Assembly (NCBI RefSeq): GCF_000195855.1 | Contig: NC_002677.1 | Coordinates: forward strand, 1,050,001-1,082,000 | Direction of reading: 5' to 3' | From: Mycobacterium leprae TN | Lineage (GTDB): Bacteria > Actinomycetota > Actinomycetes > Mycobacteriales > Mycobacteriaceae | DNA: 32,000 bases | Shown here: positions 1 to 8,704 of the stretch, one piece after another | How positions within the stretch are numbered: position 1 is the stretch's first letter | Layout of the letters: each line of letters starts with the position of its first letter | Notes under the pieces: model-generated | Database searches by the model: none | What the model saw: the letters and a program-made list of their open reading frames with translations, nothing else | Told to the model about the DNA's origin: nothing | Translations under genes and position numbers: made by a program

Positions 1-400
1 TGGGCGACTAGCACCGAATCGCCGGGGAATTTCAAAAACATCGGTAGCATGACATCGATGGTGGGGCATCACACACTATCGATGTCATGCTGATGCCGGT
101 GAGGTGCGCGATCTGGAGTCCGGGTGTTGAGCTATGGGTTGACCTAGAGTGGCGAGGTAACCCAGCCTAGTGCCGCCGCGGACTTTGATCGCGCCGATCT
201 CGGTGATCGCAATCGGGGCAGTTCCCTCGGTACTGGTCGTACGTACGTCAGTGGTTTCGAGGATCCACCACTACAACAGTGGTCTCGAGCAACGGCAGCT
301 TTTCTGGGCCCCGGCTGTTGCCAGTACGCCGGCCTGACTGGTGCGACTCAGGCTGAGTCGCACCAGTCAGGCTTATGGCCGTGGCGTTAAGCAGACCCAC
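1..400 (-). pseudogene. Decayed 5' part of a DEDD (DnaQ-like) 3'-5' exonuclease-domain gene, positional equivalent of M. tuberculosis Rv2191; runs off the left edge
   Basis: Minus-strand translation from GTG (complement 400-398) reads ...[16 protein letters not shown] (VVVVD = 277-263). A 1-nt correction at about 262-261 is then needed to continue [30 protein letters not shown], which carries the Exo I D-x-E-T-T motif and the EIGA-KV motif. Without the correction the frame hits TGA at 250-248. A second shift near 100-130 is needed to recover [12 protein letters not shown]. The track shows no intact ORF here. Confidence 0.55.
332..372. repeat. Perfect 41-bp palindrome (20-bp arms around a single central G)
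   Basis: GCCTGACTGGTGCGACTCAG-G-CTGAGTCGCACCAGTCAGGC. I checked every position pairwise (332 pairs with 372, through 351 with 353). Confidence 0.9.
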
Positions 401-962
401 CGGACAGTGTCACGGCCATCGTTATGCGAAGGCAGTCCAGAGGTGTCGGTGCCGATGTCTAGCGTGCGAACAGTTCGACCTAGTTAGCTTGACCAACTTG
501 ACCCGAGAGACTCACCCTAATTGCACAAAGCACCACATTGTATAGCAAAGGCGTCGCAGTGCTCGAGCCGAATGCGTCGGTGATTATCGATTGTGATGAC
601 TGGCGCGATGCGGGTCCGGTACGGGATGCCACAACTATGTATCAGCGTGCTATTGGGAGTGTCGGAGACTCTGTTGCAGGATGAACGTGCTGTTTTGGTA
701 GTGCTCATCGACGTCGGATTGGCGCTCCGGTTACGGGCGTGCCGATTCGCGGCAAGCACCGGTTCGGGTTCTCTTGAGTGCCTGGGCTCGTCAAAACCCC
801 CTGGTTCGCCGGTTTTCCGGTGCGATGCTCTCAAGCGGGTGACTGAAATCTTTCTATTTTCTTAACGATCACATTTGGACAACGTCGATATCATTTCGTA
901 ACCTGTTTGAGATCTAAAGCCCGCTCAATGGCCAAGTGCCTTTGGCAGTTTAAGGAAAAGCT

Positions 963-2087
963 TTGAGACTTGGCTGCAAGCATCCGGTTGTGCGCCTGAT
1001 TGCGCACTTTGTTGTCGGAACGCTAGTAGGGTTCGCTGTGTTATCTCGTTTCTTTGTCGCTACCGCGATGGCTGACCCTGCTGAGGACGCGCTGGCAAAA
1101 CTTAACGAGCTGTCCCGCCAAGCTGAGCAGACCACCGAAGCGGTGCACAGCGCGCAACTTGATCTGACTGAGAAGTTGGCAGCTCAGCGGGCGGCAGACA
1201 AGAAGTACACGGACGACCAAGCTGCTCTGGCGGACGCCCAGGTGCGCTTGGCCACTTTCCAGGCTGCGGTCAACAAACTTGCTGCCGCTACGTATATGAG
1301 TGGTCGTATAAACGGCATGACCGCTCTATTGACAGCATACTCACCGCAACAATTGATCAACAAGTTGGCCCTACAGCGAGTGCTGGGTGTTCAAATGGCT
1401 ACACAGATGGCCGGTTACCGGGACGCCGGGGAGCAGGCTGTTAAGGCAGAGCAGACATCCGCTAAGTCCGCCGCTGACGCTAAGCACGCGGCCGACCAGG
1501 CTGCCGTGGTACGGGCGGGCTTGCAGTCTAAGCAGAGTAAGTTGCAGCTCCAGATTGCGGTCGTCAAGTCGCACTACCTTTCGTTGTCGCCTAGGCAACG
1601 TACCACGCTTGCAGAGCCCGGGCCAGTCCCGGCGGTGGCTACTTTGCCCGGTGCGGCATCAGCTGGCGTTAGCCCGCCACCTGATGCCGCACCACCCGGC
1701 GGATTACTCGGGGTTGCTCCAGCCCCTTTCGCAGGTGGTGGCGACCGCGCGGCTGTTGTGCAGGCGGCACTGACCCAAATCGGAAGTCCATATGCTTGGG
1801 GTGGCGCGGCGCCCGGTGGATTCGACTGCTCCGGACTGGTGATGTGGGCTTACCAGCAGGCCGGCATTGCGCTGCCTCACTCCAGCCAGGCTCTGGCCCG
1901 CGGTGGTCAGCCGGTGTCGCTGTCGGAACTGCAGCCCGGTGATGTGCTGACCTTCTATTCGGACGCGTCGCATGCCGGCATCTACGTTGGTGACGGTATG
2001 ATGATCCATTCATCCACCTACGGTGTGCCGGTGCGGGTGGTGCCGATGAATTCGTCGGGTCCGATCTACGACGCCCGCCGCTACTAA
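963..2087 (+). CDS. ripC: RipC-type secreted NlpC/P60 peptidoglycan endopeptidase with an N-terminal coiled-coil
   Basis: 374-aa ORF. It has a signal/TM-like N-terminus (FVVGTLVGFAVLSRFFVATAMA), a long Ala/Gln-rich coiled-coil and a Pro-rich linker. The C-terminal NlpC/P60 domain carries the catalytic Cys (GGFDCSGLV) and His residues (SHAGIYVG, MIHSS). It closely resembles my memory of Rv2190c. The start is TTG 963; in-frame GTG 990 is an alternative. Confidence 0.9.
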   Translation: MRLGCKHPVVRLIAHFVVGTLVGFAVLSRFFVATAMADPAEDALAKLNELSRQAEQTTEAVHSAQLDLTEKLAAQRAADKKYTDDQAALADAQVRLATFQAAVNKLAAATYMSGRINGMTALLTAYSPQQLINKLALQRVLGVQMATQMAGYRDAGEQAVKAEQTSAKSAADAKHAADQAAVVRAGLQSKQSKLQLQIAVVKSHYLSLSPRQRTTLAEPGPVPAVATLPGAASAGVSPPPDAAPPGGLLGVAPAPFAGGGDRAAVVQAALTQIGSPYAWGGAAPGGFDCSGLVMWAYQQAGIALPHSSQALARGGQPVSLSELQPGDVLTFYSDASHAGIYVGDGMMIHSSTYGVPVRVVPMNSSGPIYDARRY

Positions 2088-2101
2088 ACGCCTCGAACTG
2101 A

Positions 2102-2137
2102 GCTCACCTGCGCCAGGCTAGCCTGGCGCAGGTGAGC
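2102..2137. terminator. Perfect 36-bp palindrome at the ripC/pimB junction; candidate hairpin terminator or translational occluder
   Basis: GCTCACCTGCGCCAGGCT|AGCCTGGCGCAGGTGAGC, with 18-bp arms and no mismatch. It starts 15 nt after the ripC stop (2085-2087). Its 3' arm contains the pimB GTG start (2132-2134). No U-tract follows it. Confidence 0.45.
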
Positions 2138-3286
2138 CGGGTCCTGCTGGTAACCAATGATTTTCCGCCCCGCCGTGGTGGCATCCAATCCTATCTGGGG
2201 GAGTTTGTAGATCGTCTGATCAACATCGGGTCGCATGACGTGATGGTGTACGCACCGCAATGGACCGGTGCCGATACCTTTGACAACGCTGCCCATGATG
2301 GCGGCTATCAGGTAGTGCGCCATCCAGGCACGTTGATGCTGCCCGGCCCGGCGGTCGATGCCCGGATGCGCCGGCTGATTGTTGACCATGGTATCGACAC
2401 TGTGTGGTTCGGCTCGGCAGCGCCGCTGGCTCTGCTGGCGCCGTGTGCCCGAAAGGCGGGAGCGACCCGGGTGTTGGCTAGCACACACGGCCACGAAGTG
2501 GGCTGGTCGATGCTGCCGGTTGCACGCTCGGTGTTGCGTCGCATCGGTGACGTTACCGACGTTGTGACCTTTGTCAGCCGTTACACGCGATCGCGTGTAA
2601 CGGCTGCCTTCGGACCCAGGGCTGCGTTGGAATACCTCCCGCCAGGTGTGGACGCCGATCGATTCCGGCCCGATCCGGCGAGCCGAGCCGAGCTACGTAA
2701 CCGTTACCGGTTGGGTGAGAGGCCAACCGTTGTGTGCCTGGCGCGGTTGGTGCCGCGTAAAGGCCAGGACATGTTGATCAGGGCATTACCATCGATCCGG
2801 CAGCGGGCCGACGGGGCCGCGTTGATGATTGTTGGGGGCGGCCCGTATCTTGGAACGCTGCGTAAGTTGGCCCAGGGGTGTGGGGTTGCCGACCACGTGA
2901 TATTCGCCGGAGGCGTGGCGGCTGTCGAGGTACCCGCTCACTACACGCTGGCTGATGTATTTGCAATGCCATGCCGCACCCGCGGCGGAGGCATGGACGT
3001 CGAGGGTTTGGGCATCGTGTTCCTGGAGGCCTCGGCTACCGGCGTGCCGGTAATCGCTGGAAAATCCGGCGGAGCTCCGGAAGCTGTGCAGCACAACAAG
3101 ACTGGACTAGTAGTTGACGGCCGGTCGGTGAATATGGTGGCTGACGCAGTCACCGAGTTACTGACCGATCGTGACCGGGCCGCTGCTATGGGCGCAGCCG
3201 GACGGCACTGGGTAACCGCCGAGTGGCGTTGGGACACGCTGGCAGCTCGGTTGGCGGATCTGCTGTGTGGCAACGACAGCCGCTAG
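2132..3286 (+). CDS. pimB: GT4 family GDP-mannose-dependent mannosyltransferase (PimB'-type, phosphatidylinositol mannoside synthesis)
   Basis: 384-aa ORF beginning [21 protein letters not shown], with the GT4 EX7E region [23 protein letters not shown]. It is near-colinear with my memory of Rv2188c. Confidence 0.9.
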   Translation: MSRVLLVTNDFPPRRGGIQSYLGEFVDRLINIGSHDVMVYAPQWTGADTFDNAAHDGGYQVVRHPGTLMLPGPAVDARMRRLIVDHGIDTVWFGSAAPLALLAPCARKAGATRVLASTHGHEVGWSMLPVARSVLRRIGDVTDVVTFVSRYTRSRVTAAFGPRAALEYLPPGVDADRFRPDPASRAELRNRYRLGERPTVVCLARLVPRKGQDMLIRALPSIRQRADGAALMIVGGGPYLGTLRKLAQGCGVADHVIFAGGVAAVEVPAHYTLADVFAMPCRTRGGGMDVEGLGIVFLEASATGVPVIAGKSGGAPEAVQHNKTGLVVDGRSVNMVADAVTELLTDRDRAAAMGAAGRHWVTAEWRWDTLAARLADLLCGNDSR

Positions 3287-5085
3287 TCCTTTTCGTAGAT
3301 CGCCTCAATGTCGGAGGCGAACTTCTGGGCGACCACATTGCGCTTCACTTTCATCGTCGGCGTCAGTTCGCCGGTCTGCTCGGTGAAATCAACCGGCAAA
3401 ATGCGGAATTTGCGGATCGACTCAGCATGTGACACCGACAGGTTGGCCTGTTTGACAGCCGCGTCCACCTCGGCCACCAAGTCGGGGTCGGTGGTAAGGT
3501 CGCCTATCGCCGCGTCGGCTGCCTTGCTGTTGCGCTGCTTCCAACCATTGAAGGCCTCGGGGTCGATGGTGATTAGCGCACCTACGAACGGCTTGGCGTC
3601 CCCGACGACCAGCGCCTGGCTGATCAGCGGGTGAGCCCGCAACTGATCTTCTAATAATGCGGGGGCAACATTCTTTCCGCCGGCGGTGACGATGATCTCC
3701 TTCTTACGGCCAGTGATGGTCAAGAAGCCGTCTTCGTCGATAGCACCGAGATCGCCTGTCTTAAACCAGCCCTCGGTAAACGCCTCGATGGTCCCTTGTT
3801 CGTTGTGCCAATAGCCGCTGAACACCACATTGCCGCGTACCAACAGCTCGCCGTCGTCTGCGATGCGCATACTGTTGCCCGGCAGCAGATTTCCAACGGT
3901 CCCGACCTTAACGTTGCCGGCCTGGTTAAGTGTGATGGCAGCACTGGTCTCGGTCAGTCCATAGCCCTCGTGGATGGTGAGGCCCACCCCACGATAGAAG
4001 TGGCCTAGTCTCGCGCCCAAGGGTGCGCCGCCCGACACCGACGCATGGCAATCACCGCCAAGCGCTGCGCGCAACTTGCGGTAGACTAGCCGGTCAAACA
4101 CCGCGTGCCTGGCGCGCAGCAGAAGCCCTGGACCGCCGCGGTGGGAGGCTTCGCTCCACTCGACTGCCGTCTGTGCGGCCATCGCGAAGATTCGACTTTT
4201 GCCCTCGTTGGCTGCGTTTTGCTCAGCGGTATTGTACACTTTCTCGAATACCCGCGGCACGGACACCACCACGGTTGGCTTAAACACCGCTAACATCGGC
4301 AGCAGATTCTTGATGTCGCTGGTGAACCCGACGGTCATCTTGTAGGTGAAGGCAGACAGGGTAAGCGCTCGGGCCAGTACGTGAGCCAATGGCAGGAAAA
4401 CCAGCAGTCGCTGGCCGGGCTGCAGCAACGTCGGGAGGCATTCCTTGGCACCCCGGACTTCATAGAGCAGGTTGGAGTGTGTGAGTTGACAGCCTTTGGG
4501 GCGACCAGTGGTGCCCGAGGTATAGATAAGTGTCGCTGGGTCCTGGGCGCGTAACGTCTTGAGCCGGTTTGCCAGCTGAGCCACGTCGACCGATGCGCCG
4601 GCTTCAGCGAGTTGGTCGAGCGCCGTAGCGCCTGCGCTGTTGATCTGTAACACCTGACGTAGGGCGGGCAGTTCGCCGGCAAGCTGATTGACCATTGTCG
4701 CGTGTGCATCGGTCTCTGCGAACACCAATACCGCGTCTGAGTCCTGCAGTATCCAGCGTACCTGCTTGGCTGACGAGGTTTCGTAGATAGGTACGGTCAC
4801 CGCGCCCACGGATAGGATCGCCAGGTCGAGGATTGCCCACTCGAAGCAGGTGGCCGAGAAGATGGATACCCGGTCGCCTGCCTGCATCCCCAGCGCGATC
4901 AAACCAAGTGCTGCGGAGCGAATTTGACTGGCCGCTTCGGCGCATGTGACGTCGGTCCAGACGCCGTCGATTTGGCGTTGATATATGACCAAGTTGGGGT
5001 CATCGCGCTCGTGCTCGAAGACCACGGCCGCGATGTTGTCGTGCTCGCCGACGGAAAATCGGGTTGGGACGCTGAACTCACGCAC
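3283..5085 (-). CDS. fadD15: Long-chain fatty-acid--CoA ligase (AMP-forming)
   Basis: AMP-binding motifs [18 protein letters not shown] and TGDLG. The ORF is open to 5139, but GTG at complement 5085 (VREFSVP...) matches the usual homolog N-terminus. Either start is possible. Confidence 0.9.
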   Translation of the reverse strand: MREFSVPTRFSVGEHDNIAAVVFEHERDDPNLVIYQRQIDGVWTDVTCAEAASQIRSAALGLIALGMQAGDRVSIFSATCFEWAILDLAILSVGAVTVPIYETSSAKQVRWILQDSDAVLVFAETDAHATMVNQLAGELPALRQVLQINSAGATALDQLAEAGASVDVAQLANRLKTLRAQDPATLIYTSGTTGRPKGCQLTHSNLLYEVRGAKECLPTLLQPGQRLLVFLPLAHVLARALTLSAFTYKMTVGFTSDIKNLLPMLAVFKPTVVVSVPRVFEKVYNTAEQNAANEGKSRIFAMAAQTAVEWSEASHRGGPGLLLRARHAVFDRLVYRKLRAALGGDCHASVSGGAPLGARLGHFYRGVGLTIHEGYGLTETSAAITLNQAGNVKVGTVGNLLPGNSMRIADDGELLVRGNVVFSGYWHNEQGTIEAFTEGWFKTGDLGAIDEDGFLTITGRKKEIIVTAGGKNVAPALLEDQLRAHPLISQALVVGDAKPFVGALITIDPEAFNGWKQRNSKAADAAIGDLTTDPDLVAEVDAAVKQANLSVSHAESIRKFRILPVDFTEQTGELTPTMKVKRNVVAQKFASDIEAIYEKD

Positions 5086-5244
5086 TCCATTGACCTCGCT
5101 TGACCTTGAGACGTTTCCAGGGCCGGCTTGCTGTCGCACAGCCTAGCCGAGCGTTCATAGCGGACGGAGGTGATTGGTCAGGGTAGCACTCCAGCTTGGC
5201 CGCCGGCTCGTCTCTGTACCCCACCCCTTAGGTAGGTTAAGTGT

Positions 5245-5667
5245 GTGAAGCTGAGGCCTATGAATTCCACGAACAGCATTCAGATTGCAGACGAGACGTA
5301 TGTTGCTGCCGACCGTGCACTGATAGGTGCCGCGGTCGCTGATCGGTCGAGCTGGCACCGGTGGTGGCCTGATTTGCGGCTGCAGGTTGTTGAGGACCGG
5401 GCGGAAAAGGGGATCCGGTGGGCGGTGACGGGCACCCTGACCGGCACTATGGAGATCTGGCTGGAACCCTTAACGGAGGAGCTGGACGGAGTGGTGTTGC
5501 ATTATTTCCTGCATGCTGAACCGGCCGGGGTAGCGGCCTGGCAGTTGGCCAAGATGAATATGGCCAAAGTGACGCATCGCCGCAGGGTGGCAGGCAAAGC
5601 AATGGCTTTTGAAGTGAAAAAGACACTCGAACGGTCGCGCTCCATTGGGGTTTCTCCGGTAATTTAA
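5245..5667 (+). CDS. Conserved hypothetical protein, SRPBCC/polyketide-cyclase-like fold (Rv2186c-like)
   Basis: 140-aa ORF of protein-like composition, first gene of a same-strand cluster. GTG 5245 has AGGTAGG upstream; ATG 5260 is an alternative start. The fold assignment comes from family recollection, not from a motif I can show. Confidence 0.7.
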   Translation: MKLRPMNSTNSIQIADETYVAADRALIGAAVADRSSWHRWWPDLRLQVVEDRAEKGIRWAVTGTLTGTMEIWLEPLTEELDGVVLHYFLHAEPAGVAAWQLAKMNMAKVTHRRRVAGKAMAFEVKKTLERSRSIGVSPVI

Positions 5668-5785
5668 CTCCGATGAATGTTGGTTCGAGTAGAGTACCGT
5701 TTCCGGCGAGGGAATCGAGAGACTCTCTCAAGATGACCGCGGTCGACCCGCTTTGCGGGAAGGGAACTGGAAAGGGTTTATCTAG

Positions 5786-6220
5786 GTGGCAGATAAAACG
5801 ACGCAAACGTTCTACATCGATGCGAATCCAGGTGAGGTGATGAAGACGATTGCTGACATCGAATCCTACCCGCAATGGATTTCGGAATACAAGGAAGTCG
5901 AAGTTTTAGAGGTTGACGACGAGGATTTCCCGAAGCGGGCGCGCATGTTGATGGACGCAAAGATTTTCAAAGACACCCTGATTATGTCCTATGACTGGAC
6001 AGCGGACCACCAATCGGTTAGCTGGATTCTCGAATCGAGCTCGCTGCTAAAGTCCCTCGAAGGCTCATATCGTTTGGTGCCCAAGGGGTCTACCACCGAG
6101 GTCACCTACGAGCTTGCGGTCGACTTTGCTATCCCAATGATCGGTATGCTCAAACGTAAGGCGGAGCACAGGTTGATTGATGGGGCGTTGAAGGACCTGA
6201 AGAAACGAGTCGAGGGCTGA
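5786..6220 (+). CDS. SRPBCC-family (polyketide cyclase/dehydrase-like) protein, TB16.3-like
   Basis: 144-aa ORF MADKTTQTFYIDANPGEVMKTIADIESYPQWISEYKEVEV..., nearly identical in pattern to my memory of Rv2185c (TB16.3). GTG start with GGAAAGGG upstream. Confidence 0.85.
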   Translation: MADKTTQTFYIDANPGEVMKTIADIESYPQWISEYKEVEVLEVDDEDFPKRARMLMDAKIFKDTLIMSYDWTADHQSVSWILESSSLLKSLEGSYRLVPKGSTTEVTYELAVDFAIPMIGMLKRKAEHRLIDGALKDLKKRVEG

Positions 6221-6240
6221 GTGACTCCAGTAGATTCCGG

Positions 6241-7488
6241 GTGCCGGCTTCGGCCCAGATCAGTCTTTTCGTTGGCAAAGGCGGGGTAGGAAAGTCCACC
6301 CTGGCGGCTGCCACAGCGGTACGTGATGCGGGAGAGGGCCGGCGGGTGTTGGTGGTCTCCACAGACCAGGCGCATTCGCTGGGTGATGTGCTAGGTGTTG
6401 TGGTCGCGCCCACCGGTCACGGCAACCCGGTTCGGGTGCTTGGCTGTGACGCTGAGGCGGGTGGCGGCTTTCTCGACGCGCTAGCACTGGATACATTAGC
6501 CTTACTCGAGGCCCGGTGGTGTGATGTAGTCGACGCCTTGGACCGGAGATTTCCCGAGTCCGAGTTGGGCAGCATTGCCCCCGAAGAACTTTCAGCGTTG
6601 CCGGGTATCCAGGAGATGCTCGGTTTGTACACGGTAGGCGAGTTTGCGACAGCTGGGCGATGGGATCGCATTGTGGTCGACTGCGCCTCGACCGCAGATG
6701 TGTTGCGTATGTTAACTCTGCCCTCCACCGTGGGTCTCTATGTGGAGCGTGCGTGGCCACGCCATCGCAGGCTCAGCATTGCTGCCGGCGACGCCCCATC
6801 GGCGGCGGTGGTTGAGTTGTTAGAGCGCATCAGCACCAGCGTTGAGCGGCTTGGTGCATTGCTGACTGATGGTTCGCTAGTCAGTGCGCACCTGGTACTG
6901 ACTCCGGAGCGGGTGGTCGCTGCTGAGGCGGTTCGAACGCTTGGTTCGTTGGCGCTGATGGGCATACGGGTCGAGGAGTTGATCGTCAATCAGGTGCTGG
7001 TAAGAAATAAGTTTTATGAATACCGAAGCCTGCTTGATCACCCGGTGTTCTGCTGGTATACAGAACGCATCTGTGAGCAACGCGCCGTCCTCGACAATCT
7101 TGACTCTACCATCGGTGACGTAGCGCTGGTAGTAATTCCGTATTTGTCCGGGGAACCGATCGGCCCCAAGGCGCTGGCCGAGCTGTTGGATGTTGCTCAT
7201 CGTCGGCGCGGACCCGCTCCGATGGGTCCGTTACGTCCTATTGTTGACCTAGAATCGGGATCGGGGCTGGAGTCTGTATACCGATTGCGACTAGCGTTAC
7301 CCCAGCTCGATTTCGCAGCGTTGACCCTGGGGCGGGTCGATGACGATCTGATCATCAGTGCTGGCGGGACCCGGTGCAGAGTTCGGTTGGCCTCTGTCCT
7401 GCGCCGGTGCATGGTGCTGGGTGCGCAGCTGCGAGGCAGCGAGTTAACAGTTCGTTTTCGACCGGATCCGGAGGTGTGGCCGATATGA
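6241..7488 (+). CDS. ArsA/Get3-family P-loop ATPase with a C-terminal HSP20-like domain (Rv2184c-like)
   Basis: Deviant Walker A GKGGVGKST (about 6274-6300). ArsA-type switch region VSTDQAHSLGD (about 6358-6387). The C-terminus YRLRLALPQLDFAALTLGRVDDDLIISAGGTRCRVRLASVL...ELTVRFRPD resembles the alpha-crystallin/HSP20-like beta-sandwich found on some ArsA-like proteins. Confidence 0.85.
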   Translation: MPASAQISLFVGKGGVGKSTLAAATAVRDAGEGRRVLVVSTDQAHSLGDVLGVVVAPTGHGNPVRVLGCDAEAGGGFLDALALDTLALLEARWCDVVDALDRRFPESELGSIAPEELSALPGIQEMLGLYTVGEFATAGRWDRIVVDCASTADVLRMLTLPSTVGLYVERAWPRHRRLSIAAGDAPSAAVVELLERISTSVERLGALLTDGSLVSAHLVLTPERVVAAEAVRTLGSLALMGIRVEELIVNQVLVRNKFYEYRSLLDHPVFCWYTERICEQRAVLDNLDSTIGDVALVVIPYLSGEPIGPKALAELLDVAHRRRGPAPMGPLRPIVDLESGSGLESVYRLRLALPQLDFAALTLGRVDDDLIISAGGTRCRVRLASVLRRCMVLGAQLRGSELTVRFRPDPEVWPI

Positions 7489-7877
7489 GTGGGGGTTATG
7501 CCGACATCGGTCCGGAACTGCGCAAGCTTGCCCAGATGACCCTGGATGGGATCGGCCCTGCAGTGCGGTCCGCAGCGGCATTGGTGGCGGGTGCTAGAGG
7601 CACTGGCAAATGCCAGCAGGCGTGGTGCCCAGTATGCGCACTGACCGCGTTGGTCATTGGTGAACAGCATCCGTTGTTGACTGTCATCGCCGACCACAGT
7701 GTCGCTCTGCTGGATGTGATTCGCGCCATTGTCGACGACATCGATCAGTCGAATAAAATTCCGCCGGACAGCCCGCACGGCGGGGGCCTGGACACCGAGA
7801 CACCAGCTCAAACCAACACATCTAACGGCACAGTGCGGAGACGCTACCAGCCCATACCCGTTAGTGTCGAGGATTGA
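7485..7877 (+). CDS. Small conserved protein with a CxxxxCxxC motif (Rv2183c-like), translationally coupled to the ArsA-like ATPase
   Basis: ATG 7485 overlaps the upstream TGA (ATGA, 7485-7488). The 130-aa product MSGGYADIGPELRKLAQ... carries GKCQQAWCPVCAL (about 7611-7637). The longer track ORF starting at 7374 would overlap the ATPase gene. Confidence 0.75.
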   Translation: MSGGYADIGPELRKLAQMTLDGIGPAVRSAAALVAGARGTGKCQQAWCPVCALTALVIGEQHPLLTVIADHSVALLDVIRAIVDDIDQSNKIPPDSPHGGGLDTETPAQTNTSNGTVRRRYQPIPVSVED

Positions 7878-7962
7878 TTGGCGGAGTGGTTGAAGTGGTC
7901 CTGCCCATCATGGATCGGTAAAGTTGGCGCAGAACACCGTCTGGTTCGGGAGAGAGAGGGCC

Positions 7963-8697
7963 ATGTGGTACTGGCTATTCAAGTACATTTTCATGGGTCC
8001 CGCGCTTTCCGTGCTTGGTCGACCGAAAGTCGAAGGCCTGGAATATGTCCCGAGTTCTGGTCCGGCGATCCTGGCCAGTAATCATCTCGCAGTGGCGGAC
8101 AGTTTTTATCTGCCGCTTGTGGTACGCCGCCGGATCACCTTCTTGGCGAAATCGGAATACTTCACCGGCACCGGCTTGAAAGGCTGGTTCACCAGTTGGT
8201 TCTACCGCGCTACTGGCCAAGTGCCCATCGACCGCACTGACGCCGACACAGCCGAGGCCGCGTTGAACACCGCTGAGCGGCTGCTTGGTCATGGCAAGTT
8301 GATCGGTATGTATCCTGAGGGCACCCGTTCGCCCGACGGCCGACTGTATAAAGGCAAGACCGGGGTGGCCCGGTTGACTTTGCAGACCGGGGTTCCGGTG
8401 ATACCGGTGGCCATGATCGGCACTAACGTAGTCAATCCTCCGGGAAGCAAAATGTGGCGATTTGGGCGGGTCACCGTCCGTTTTGGCAAGCCGATGGACT
8501 TCTCACGTTTCGAGGGGGCGGCTGGCAACCGAGTCATCGAGAGAGTCATTACCGACGAAGTGATTTACGAGCTGATGGAGCTGTCCGGTCAGGAGTACGT
8601 CGACATTTACGCCGCCAGTGTGAAGGGCCACAGTAGCAGTAGCGGTGCCAAATTGACCAACGAGGCCGTGCGCATACCTGATACCGCTGTGGGATAG
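7963..8697 (+). CDS. 1-acyl-sn-glycerol-3-phosphate acyltransferase family (PlsC-type)
   Basis: HX4D acyltransferase motif NHLAVADS and the YPEGTRS motif. ATG 7963 (MWYWLFKYIFMGP) is preceded by GAGAGAGGG. The ORF is open from 7924. Confidence 0.88.
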   Translation: MWYWLFKYIFMGPALSVLGRPKVEGLEYVPSSGPAILASNHLAVADSFYLPLVVRRRITFLAKSEYFTGTGLKGWFTSWFYRATGQVPIDRTDADTAEAALNTAERLLGHGKLIGMYPEGTRSPDGRLYKGKTGVARLTLQTGVPVIPVAMIGTNVVNPPGSKMWRFGRVTVRFGKPMDFSRFEGAAGNRVIERVITDEVIYELMELSGQEYVDIYAASVKGHSSSSGAKLTNEAVRIPDTAVG

Positions 8698-8704
8698 GCC
8701 TTGA

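Noticed and set aside
46-91. 14-bp inverted repeat AGCATGACATCGAT ... ATCGATGTCATGCT with an 18-nt loop
   Set aside because: It lies inside the remnant coding frame of the exonuclease pseudogene (..[20 protein letters not shown]..). It is short enough to be coincidental, and I cannot assign it a function.
517-865. Mutually antisense ORFs 517-834 (-) and 593-865 (+)
   Set aside because: They have no motifs or ribosome-binding sites and an implausible composition. I treat the region as non-coding or decayed.
401-962. Possible c-di-AMP (ydaO-type) riboswitch upstream of the NlpC/P60 gene, as seen for some actinobacterial cell-wall hydrolases
   Set aside because: I looked for the conserved ydaO core strings as I recall them (GGGGACCCA, GGGGUGAAUC, CCGAA..CCG.CAGCUAACCUCGUAAGCG). 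None were present, and CAGCU is absent from the region. An Infernal scan would be definitive.
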